A stretch of 64,000 bases of DNA from a virus. A program made the position numbers and the translations under genes. The stretch's first letter is position 1; each line of letters starts with the position of its first letter. This document shows, piece after piece, positions 16,192 to 23,332 of this stretch. The notes below the pieces were generated by a model that worked only from the letters and a program-made list of their open reading frames with translations, searched no databases and was not told the origin of the DNA. Location: IMG/VR virus record IMGVR_UViG_3300041809_000801, positions 1 through 64,000 of that record; one strand, 5' to 3'.

Positions 16192-16230
16192 TGATGATTC
16201 CTTCTTGGTACCTTTCAGAAACTTAATGCT

Positions 16231-16406
16231 TGGTCGGTGGGGACAGACGTTAGCCTACCCCCACCGATGGAGCCGGTCGAATAGTTTCCCACTCTCCCGG
16301 CTTGGCCCCCGACCCAAGGTTGCCCTCAGGCCGGAGTTGGCACCCGGCTTAAGGTTTCCCTCGAACCGGGTATGGTGGGTGACTCAAGGTTTCCCTCTAA
16401 TCACCC
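16231..16406 (-). ncRNA. Tandem array of five NCCA-ended tRNA-minihelix-like hairpins
   Basis: Units 16373-16406, 16338-16371, 16303-16336, 16268-16301 (34 nt each) and 16231-16266 (36 nt), each separated by 1 nt. Confidence 0.85.
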
Positions 16407-16414
16407 TCATCTAC

Positions 16415-16443
16415 ATAATACCAGCGAAAGTTGGTTTTTGCAA
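16415..16443 (-). promoter_or_regulatory. sigma70-type promoter
   Basis: TTGCAA-17 bp-TATTAT; predicted start 2-3 nt before the first minihelix. Confidence 0.8.
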
Positions 16444-16541
16444 CTAACTTGTGAATTATTTTTCCACAGCTTTATGGAAAAATGTCTGTGGGGTGAGTAT
16501 CCCACCCCCTAATCGGACATGAAACCAGACATCGTGTCCGA

Positions 16542-16958
16542 TTAGGTGGCGCTCAAAGTCCCAAGGACAGGAGCCGCTGGATGAAACGGTGTTGTAATGG
16601 TAGCACAATTCGACGGGGCAGAATTTGCAGCAGTGTTTGCGGTCGGGGCTGCTTCCACATCGTAACTGTACTGAGTCGTTGGGCTCACTGTGTTGTCCAA
16701 ATATTGCGTAGCCGAGGGGACGGCGACAGTTCCCAACACAGTCCAACCGGCTGATGCAGCCAGCGTTGAAGGACAAGTTCCGGCGATACGGTAAACAGCC
16801 AGCAAGCAAGTATTCGTGGATGTGCAGGAAGTGTCGGTGACCGGAACAGTCACAGAGCTAGTTGCTGCCCCCGGCAGATTGGTTGTTTGAGCATGAACTG
16901 ACGATATGGTCAAACCGAAAACCATCAGCAGTGCGGTTGAAAGAAAAAGTTTCTTCAT
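16542..16958 (-). CDS. Secreted FN3-like beta-sandwich protein
   Basis: Signal peptide MKKLFLSTALL..VHAQ; VYR...YLDNTV..TQYSYDVEA. Confidence 0.65.
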   Translation of the reverse strand: MKKLFLSTALLMVFGLTISSVHAQTTNLPGAATSSVTVPVTDTSCTSTNTCLLAVYRIAGTCPSTLAASAGWTVLGTVAVPSATQYLDNTVSPTTQYSYDVEAAPTANTAANSAPSNCATITTPFHPAAPVLGTLSAT

Positions 16959-16971
16959 GTGTAGCTCCTTT

Positions 16972-17409
16972 TTATGTGGCGTGCAAAGTTCCAATAACAG
17001 GTGGAGTGGGAACAAACAACGTAGCGGGAATGGGTACAGTTACTGTGTTCGAGGGAACGCTCGTAGCTCCCGAGGCGTCCACGCTTTCAACATAGTAAGT
17101 ATACGTATTGCCCTCTACAACAGTTGAATCAGTGTAGGCGACAAGTGTTACAGGTGTGGCATTCAACAAACCACCAGTTGGTGAACGATAAACGTTGTAA
17201 CCGGCAACAGGGTCCCAACATGGGTCGGAGGCCGCAATTAGTTGTGTGGTGCATGTGGGTAAATTAGCCGAGTTGACTGGAGCATTCCAAGTCAAACCAA
17301 CCCCGTACCCTGTTACCCCTTTAGGAAGTGCGACAGTTGACTGTGCCTGTGCGGTGAGCCCACACAAGAACAGAACCATTAAATATGAACGAAGCCCCAT
17401 GCAGTCCAC
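16972..17409 (-). CDS. Secreted FN3-like protein
   Basis: LTWNAP...GYNVYRS...YTDSTV..GNTYTYYVESVD...S.PSN. Confidence 0.7.
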   Translation of the reverse strand: MDCMGLRSYLMVLFLCGLTAQAQSTVALPKGVTGYGVGLTWNAPVNSANLPTCTTQLIAASDPCWDPVAGYNVYRSPTGGLLNATPVTLVAYTDSTVVEGNTYTYYVESVDASGATSVPSNTVTVPIPATLFVPTPPVIGTLHAT

Positions 17410-17437
17410 TCCATACTACAGACTTCCAGAGTCAAAA

Positions 17438-17803
17438 TTATGGTGCGATGAACGTACTACACGAGGACGGACCGGAAGTAGGAATACTGCCAGCCCCTGA
17501 CTCCACATCATAACTGTACTGTGTTCCTGACACCACTGACGTATCGGTGTAAGACGTTACCTGAGTAATAGGGGTAGTGGTCAAAAGAGTCCAGCCGGGA
17601 GAGCCACTCAAACCCAAAGGGCAAACACCCCCAATTCGATACACCCAAAAATTGCAAGGCGTGGTTGAAGTACAGCCCGGAGGTAGTTGCCACGGCACCA
17701 CGATACCTGAGATGGGTGGTGGGGGAGGGGGAGGCGGTGGTGTAACTACTTTACACCCAACGCAGCATCCAAGAAGAATCAAAAGAAAACTGAACCGCTT
17801 CAT
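17438..17803 (-). CDS. Lipoprotein-like FN3 paralog with poly-Pro linker
   Basis: MKRFSFLLILLGCCVGC, P9 run, VYRIGG.CP...YTDTSV..GTQYSYDVE. Confidence 0.65.
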   Translation of the reverse strand: MKRFSFLLILLGCCVGCKVVTPPPPPPPPPISGIVVPWQLPPGCTSTTPCNFWVYRIGGVCPLGLSGSPGWTLLTTTPITQVTSYTDTSVVSGTQYSYDVESGAGSIPTSGPSSCSTFIAP

Positions 17804-17820
17804 AATACGACCTCAATAAT

Positions 17821-17898
17821 TGGTGCGTCCTGAGGGAGTCGAACCCCCGACCTTCTCTGCGTCAAAGAGTTGCTCTAAACCCACTGAGCTAAGGACGC
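17821..17898 (-). tRNA. tRNA-Val(GAC)
   Basis: Cloverleaf, loop TT-GAC-GC, A73, CCA. Confidence 0.85.
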
Positions 17899-17916
17899 AG
17901 GTACAGCATATCATAA

Positions 17917-17994
17917 TGGTGCCCCCGGTGGGACTCGAACCCACGACTCGCAGAAATTTAGAGTTTCCGGTTCTACCAACTGAACTACAGGGGC
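17917..17994 (-). tRNA. Amber-suppressor tRNA (CUA)
   Basis: GGAAA-CT-CTA-AA-TTTCT anticodon arm, canonical D/T arms, 7-nt variable loop, A73, CCA. Confidence 0.88.
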
Positions 17995-18013
17995 GCTGGA
18001 AACCTTCATTCTT

Positions 18014-18043
18014 AGTATACCTAATTAAATGAAAGTTTGGCTA
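18014..18043 (-). promoter_or_regulatory. Promoter for tRNA-CUA/tRNA-Val
   Basis: TAGCCA-18 bp-TATACT. Confidence 0.65.
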
Positions 18044-18099
18044 GTTTTTGACTATTGAACCCTAGAGCAGAAGCACACTCTGAATGCAATGGGGTTCAA

Positions 18100-18759
18100 A
18101 TGGAAACAACAGATGCGGAATTCATCGAAATCGTGAAACAGGCAACCAGTATTTGCGGGGTACTTAACCTCCTCCACAAGGCACGTGTGGGCACCAACTA
18201 CAAGATGGTGCGAGAACGGTTGACTAAACTCAACCTACAGCCGCACTGGGTAAAACCAACGCCCAAAAAAGTTCCTCTGGAGGAACACCTGTGTAAAAAC
18301 AGTACGTATTCCCGTAATCGGCTGAAAAAACGACTAATTGCTTTGGGTATTCTAAAGAATATCTGTGCTCTGTGTGGTCAATTGCCTGTGTGGAATGGTA
18401 AACCCCTCGTTCTTCGACTCGACCACATCAATGGGGTTAACGATGACAACCGCATTGAGAACTTGAGACTGCTTTGTCCTAATTGTGACAGCCAAACCGA
18501 TACCTTCTGTGGTCGGAACAGAAAAATGGTTGAAATAGAAAAAGCACAACGCACCTGTGAGGACTGTAGGACAAACATCTACGCCCGTTCCAAGAGATGC
18601 CGATCCTGTCAAAACAAACAGCGGTATCAGTCGCCCAAAATCAACTGGCCCTCACTTCCTGACCTTCTAAAAATGATCGAGGAGACCAGTTATCTTCAAT
18701 GTGGTAAGCTGCTTGGAGTATCCGATAATGCGATACGAAAACACATCAAGACGTGCTGA
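18100..18759 (+). CDS. HNH homing endonuclease with C-terminal HTH
   Basis: CALCG...LDHING.NDDNRIENLRLLCPNC; C-terminal GKLLGVSDNAIRK. Confidence 0.88.
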   Translation: METTDAEFIEIVKQATSICGVLNLLHKARVGTNYKMVRERLTKLNLQPHWVKPTPKKVPLEEHLCKNSTYSRNRLKKRLIALGILKNICALCGQLPVWNGKPLVLRLDHINGVNDDNRIENLRLLCPNCDSQTDTFCGRNRKMVEIEKAQRTCEDCRTNIYARSKRCRSCQNKQRYQSPKINWPSLPDLLKMIEETSYLQCGKLLGVSDNAIRKHIKTC

Positions 18760-18882
18760 GGGGTTGGCTAAACCTGAGGCACCGGGTTCCCGCGTTACCG
18801 CAGGAGGCCGTCCGGTCTTCGCTGAACACCTATTCGGTGCAGACCCCGCTTCCTCAGCACGTCACTTACATGATACCGGGGT

Positions 18883-19227
18883 CTACTTGGTTTTGGCTAG
18901 TAATTTTTTGCCCAAACCCATAATCTCTTCCACCCTGCGTTTTTCTTCCTCGGGTATATCGAGATGGTTCCAAACAGATACCGGGCGACCGTAACAGTCG
19001 TTAAACACGTCTTGCCCACAGATTCCGCATACTTTATATGTACACGCTTTCTGTGAGCCCCGCTTTGGTTGCCGTTTCGTCTTCAGCCACAGCTTCCCAT
19101 CGGGCGTGCGATGGTCGCACTCCCGTTTCAGTTCGCTGAACCTGACTTCCAAGTCGCACCACTGCTCATGGGCTTTTTGGGCACGCTTCGCCAGTACAGT
19201 AGTTTTCGAGATGAATGTTTTGTTCAT
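18883..19227 (-). CDS. Hypothetical protein
   Basis: SD GAGGAGG; CxxC motif. Confidence 0.55.
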   Translation of the reverse strand: MNKTFISKTTVLAKRAQKAHEQWCDLEVRFSELKRECDHRTPDGKLWLKTKRQPKRGSQKACTYKVCGICGQDVFNDCYGRPVSVWNHLDIPEEEKRRVEEIMGLGKKLLAKTK

Positions 19228-19415
19228 ACCTCCTCTAATACTCGTTGGGCGACGAGAACAGGGCATTCGCTATCGTGCTCAATTTCTGTAATACTGGGCA
19301 CTCCATAACCGCCACAGTAGTGACAGGTGTAGAATGTCCGTCCGCTGTTTCCCGATTCATACTGGTCGTACCAGTTGTTGAGAATTGCCTCGGCAAGAAT
19401 CTTGCTGTTTTCCAT
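19224..19415 (-). CDS. Hypothetical small Zn-binding protein
   Basis: CHYCG...EHDSEC. Confidence 0.55.
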   Translation of the reverse strand: MENSKILAEAILNNWYDQYESGNSGRTFYTCHYCGGYGVPSITEIEHDSECPVLVAQRVLEEV

Positions 19416-19600
19416 TTCCTATGTCATTTTGTTTTCCTTCCTTCTTGTTTTCCTTCCTTCCTTCGTTGTGTTAAATTGAAGTTGATGCTGACTCGGGCTT
19501 CATCCTTTCACCGAGTGCAGCAGGAGAGGGGCAGACGGTGATGCACCTGTACTTGCGTTAGACTTCGGTCTTCTGCCCCTCAAGTTTTTCGAGGACGCCC

Positions 19601-20229
19601 ATGAAACGATTTTGGCTGCTACTCCTGTCTCTCGTCATCATGGTTCTGTGTCTCCTGTGTCTTTCATGGTTTTTGGATCACCGCCCAGTCCTCCTCCATG
19701 TGTACAGCCGGAATTGTCCGTTATTGAAAAAGGCCCGGGACGCTTCTATCACCACGAAGACGTTCTTCTCCCCAACCCCCAAATCTCGCCCGGTGCCATT
19801 CGCTCTGATGCAACCGAGACTGAAGTTTGCACTGACTCCACCAAAGAATTCCGGCACACATCCAAAAAAATGAAGGATGATGTGTACGCCGCCTACTTTG
19901 TGATGCCCCACTCTGGCATCTGTGCGGATGTTTACCGCACCACCAAAACCGGCAAGCAAGTCAAAGAGTCGTGCGAGGTTGACCACATCATTTCTCTCGA
20001 ACTCGGCGGTGCCGACGACGAGAAGAATTTGTTTCCTCAACCATACGACCCACCCAACGGGGTGCCCGGTGCCCACGCTAAAGACGCCGTGGAAAACTGG
20101 CTGCACCGTCAGGTATGTGTCACGCACACCATGAGTCTTCAAGAGGCTCAAAAAGAAATCTCGACCGATTGGTATCAGGTCTACTTGGACAATCATCTTG
20201 CCCCCGAAGACGACACCAACGAGAACTAA
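19601..20229 (+). CDS. Exported HNH-like nuclease; signal peptide and body in different frames
   Basis: Body: LPNPQISPGA...EVDHIISLELGGADDEKNLFPQ...KDAVENWLH..VC; SD plus ATG 19601 opens a hydrophobic leader in another frame. Confidence 0.55.
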
Positions 20230-20302
20230 TCTTTCTTTTTCAACTCCCAATACCCAGTCCAACAAATTGCAACTCGGTCGTCCCATTCTGACTCACGCCG
20301 GT

Positions 20303-20369
20303 CAGGCTACGAACAACACAATGAACGCAATGACTATCAATACGCTCATGCCTTCACCCCCTGAACAGC
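20303..20369. repeat. 67-bp perfect direct repeat, copy 1
   Basis: Identical to 21961-22027. Confidence 0.95.
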
Positions 20370-20834
20370 TTCAAGCGTGGCAACAAACTCCTCGCGGGCC
20401 TGCTGCTTGATGGCGGGACGCATCATTTCGATGGTCTCCATAACCTTCGCCTGAGTAAGCCGGTCGGATTCGGCTTGCTTGGCAGCGAAGAAATCATTGA
20501 CAGACTTCTCCCACCGAGTAACCTCGGCTTTGAAGTACGTCTGTACAGCGTCCTTGACGAGGCTTTCGATGATGGCTTTAGCCTCGGGTGGGAACTTGTA
20601 CGTGCTGGTGATGCTCTTGTTGAATTCGGCGATGGACTTATTGATAGTAGCTTGCATCTCCGACTCAAACTTGTCGAGTGAGATTTTCTGTGCCTTGCGC
20701 TTGAGTTCCTCGGCAATCTTTTCGATAGCCATGGTCTGAAGCTTAATACGAACTTCCGGCTCTTCGTCAAGAATCTTACGAAGCGTTGCGGTGCGAACGA
20801 GAAGTTCAACGGGTGCGATTGTTGTCGTAGACAT
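20346..20834 (-). CDS. Hypothetical coiled-coil protein
   Basis: 162 aa, helical, SD present. Confidence 0.65.
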   Translation of the reverse strand: MSTTTIAPVELLVRTATLRKILDEEPEVRIKLQTMAIEKIAEELKRKAQKISLDKFESEMQATINKSIAEFNKSITSTYKFPPEAKAIIESLVKDAVQTYFKAEVTRWEKSVNDFFAAKQAESDRLTQAKVMETIEMMRPAIKQQAREEFVATLEAVQGVKA

Positions 20835-20835
20835 A

Positions 20836-21354
20836 TTACTCTCCCTTCCGTGAGAACGTCGTGATAACCATGGACTGAGCCGGTGAGGTCTTCTGCTCGT
20901 CCGCCTTCTGGCCCTTCATCGTGAACTTGAGGTTGCGGCCATCGTACTTGTTCTTGACACCGCTGAACGTGTGTGGCGATGGTGACTGAGCATCGAGCCA
21001 CACATCCCAGTTAACGACCACTGGAAGATTTTCATCCATGGCCTTGTAAATGGTGTACTCCCAATCGGGGTACTTTTCCTTCCAGTACACCATGTCCTTG
21101 TTCGCCCACGTCCAAGCGTCGAGATTGTAGTAGGTGCTCGACCAGTAGAGAAACGTGCGGTTGGGCTCAACACCGAGGCTTAACGAATTCTCAACCGGAC
21201 CGTAAAGCTGGTCGTCGTTCGGCTTCTTGATGAGGATGATGTATCCGGCCTTAGCAACCTCCATGAGGCGGTTGTTCCGTGCCACGTCCTCGTCAGTAGC
21301 GACAAGGGGCTCCTGCGGCTCGATGAGACGCACAACTTCATTAGGCTGCTGCAT
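20836..21354 (-). CDS. Hypothetical protein
   Basis: 172 aa, SD GGAGG. Confidence 0.65.
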   Translation of the reverse strand: MQQPNEVVRLIEPQEPLVATDEDVARNNRLMEVAKAGYIILIKKPNDDQLYGPVENSLSLGVEPNRTFLYWSSTYYNLDAWTWANKDMVYWKEKYPDWEYTIYKAMDENLPVVVNWDVWLDAQSPSPHTFSGVKNKYDGRNLKFTMKGQKADEQKTSPAQSMVITTFSRKGE

Positions 21355-21685
21355 AGCAAACCTCCGGCGACCAGAGGCGATAGGTGCCCATGGCTTTGCG
21401 CTGCTTTTTGTTTTGGATTGGGTAGGTGGAGACCGCCGTCAAGCCGAGGTCATTGTCAGGCTCATAGAAAGCCTCGTAGTCAATGCCATAGCGTTGGAGC
21501 CGTTCAATGACGGCCTCAAGTTCTGACTTGTCGGGAACTCCGATAAGAACGACCGATGGAGTCTCGGTGCGTTCGGAAAGGCGGGATGCCATCTCAAAGG
21601 TGGCGTGGTTGGACTGCACGATTTGTTGAGCGAGACTGATGTCAGTCCGCACGAAAACGAAAGTGTGGTTGCTTACCTAGTGCAT
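21341..21685 (-). CDS. Pth2-like peptidyl-tRNA hydrolase with in-frame TAG at codon 3
   Basis: ATG CAC TAG then VSNHTFVFVRTDISLAQQIVQSNHA...VVLIGV...FYEPD...GLTAV..YP; SD AGGAG before ATG 21685. Confidence 0.7.
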
Positions 21686-21741
21686 TTTCCTTCTCCTCAT
21701 TACTGGATTTGGTAGTTCTCGGATTTCTCCGACTTGCGCTT

Positions 21742-21771
21742 ACTCTACACGGAAGAGTCGCCGGTTGTCAA
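21742..21771 (-). promoter_or_regulatory. sigma70-type promoter for the pth2-like cassette
   Basis: TTGACA-18 bp-TAGAGT, just after a GGGGCGG/CCGCCCC terminator-like hairpin (21784-21807). Confidence 0.65.
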
Positions 21772-21824
21772 GAAAATTTTTCAGGGGCGGTCTGTCAACC
21801 CGCCCCCAGTTTTGGATGATGAAG

Positions 21825-22007
21825 CTACGCCGCATCTCGTTTCCGGGGATGTCCAACGTTGTTCACGCAGACCTCCACTTCCCCTGTCGGGTCTTCTTCC
21901 AACAGCTTAATGAGTTCCTTGATACCACGATTGTACCCAAGCCTGTCTGCCATAAACAAACAGGCTACGAACAACACAATGAACGCAATGACTATCAATA
22001 CGCTCAT
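21825..22007 (-). CDS. Small membrane protein
   Basis: MSVLIVIAFIVLFVACLFMADRLGY...; its 5' end lies in the direct repeat. Confidence 0.5.
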   Translation of the reverse strand: MSVLIVIAFIVLFVACLFMADRLGYNRGIKELIKLLEEDPTGEVEVCVNNVGHPRKRDAA

Positions 22008-22027
22008 GCCTTCACCCCCTGAACAGC
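21961..22027. repeat. 67-bp perfect direct repeat, copy 2
   Basis: Identical to 20303-20369. Confidence 0.95.
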
Positions 22028-22354
22028 CCATCGTGCGGCTGGTCTTCCGCGTACAACCATATAATACACGGGGGTGGCAAGTTTTGGCTACATTTTTTTC
22101 AACAAATCGTTTTTTCTTTTGAGAACCTCAGAAGCGTAAAGCGCGGCCCACTGCAAGTCACGCTCTGTGAGTCCAACTCCTTCAACATCCACGTGGATAC
22201 TGCCGAGAGGCATATCCTGTCGCAAATGAATGATGTGCTCGACGCCTTCTTTGGTGTTGCCATCCAGCCAGACCTGAGTAACACCCGTCCAGCCGTTGCC
22301 ATCCATGATACATCTCAGGGTCAAAACAAGTACAACGCATTCTACCCTCAATTC

Positions 22355-22484
22355 GGTACGCTGGGCAGGGCCTCTCCTGCGACCTCCCCATTACCAATGG
22401 GTGCTCTTGGCTTTTACCTCTCCCTCCGGAGTCGTGGGTACCCCCCTCGTCCGTCCCTTGAGGCGTAATTCTGAGCTACCAGCG
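22355..22484 (-). ncRNA. tRNA-Thr(GGU)-like RNA with large D-loop insertion
   Basis: CGCTGG/CCAGCG, TA, GCTC...GAGC, CCCA-TTGGTAA-TGGG, AGGTC, GCAGG/CCTGC. Confidence 0.6.
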
Positions 22485-22487
22485 AGA

Positions 22488-22886
22488 TTAAACTTTGTTG
22501 AACTCCCCTCCATCATACATCACGGCGAAAGCCAAAGCACCACGAAGTTCAGTATACTCTTCGTCAGTACCAAGGTTGAACTCTCGCATCACTTTATTTT
22601 TGACGTAGGCTTCCACCTTGTTGTATTTGAGCCCGTCGATGAAAGCCTTCACAGATTTCAAGAAGGGATACCGCTTGCGTTTTTCTACAATGCAATCAAC
22701 GATGGCTTCGGCGTCCCTTTGATAGCATCCGCATACCTCGCAGGGTGCGGGGTCCCCCGGTCCGCTGAAACGAAAGACTTGAACCTCAGAGCCACAGTGA
22801 CATTTTACTGTAGCGTAGCCCTCTTGCAGAGTGTCGTACTCCGCCCTTGACATCGTGACTTCGGAACCGTCCTCAGACCACTTCAT
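22488..22886 (-). CDS. Hypothetical Zn-ribbon protein
   Basis: 132 aa; CHCG and CEVCG; SD AAGGAG. Confidence 0.6.
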   Translation of the reverse strand: MKWSEDGSEVTMSRAEYDTLQEGYATVKCHCGSEVQVFRFSGPGDPAPCEVCGCYQRDAEAIVDCIVEKRKRYPFLKSVKAFIDGLKYNKVEAYVKNKVMREFNLGTDEEYTELRGALAFAVMYDGGEFNKV

Positions 22887-23034
22887 CTTTTGACTCCTTG
22901 GTCTCGGTCAAATCTACGCGAAAATATGTGGCCTCATCCTCCGTCCAATGCACAGACATGGACGGGTAGTGAGAATTCTCAAGTCGCGTTCTTGTTCCAA
23001 CTCTACGAGACATATTGACGCCCAAAAATCGGTA

Positions 23035-23326
23035 GGGGTCGCTTTTGGCGACCCCATCCTAGTGAACTATTCTTTCACAGAGTCAGCCCACGAACTCCGA
23101 GTAGCTGGTTATTAAGCAGCCGCTGCAAGTGCCATTGGTTCGGCAGATGTTATTTTTCCCACCATATAACGGATAGCGAGAGAACGAGTTGTTGACGGCT
23201 TCCTTCCAAAACATCTGTCGAAATCTTGGCGGGCCCATAGATTTTATTGGTGGACCCGGTGGGAATCAAACCCACGTCCAAATGCTGGTTAGAACGTCTT
23301 CAGCCTCTTGCGAAGCACACAACCAT
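23035..23326 (-). ncRNA. ssrA: Circularly permuted (two-piece) tmRNA
   Basis: Acceptor piece ends GTGGG-TTTGATT-CCCAC-CGGGTCC-ACCA at 23248; 11-nt spacer; coding piece starts GGGCCCG at 23236 (G3.U70); tag AEPMALAAAA** at 23144-23109; outer ends approximate. Confidence 0.88.
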
Positions 23327-23332
23327 ATACCA

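Noticed and set aside
16231-16406. CRISPR mini-array or stacked terminators
   Set aside because: No spacers, units differ in sequence, and each ends in NCCA rather than a U tract
17917-17994. Pyrrolysine tRNA (pylT)
   Set aside because: Has standard D loop with GG, TTCGA T loop, 5-bp anticodon stem and A73; no pyl genes in the window
18750-18863. Hammerhead ribozyme or RNase P RNA
   Set aside because: CTGAGGA is present but the GAAA core and RNase P conserved regions are not
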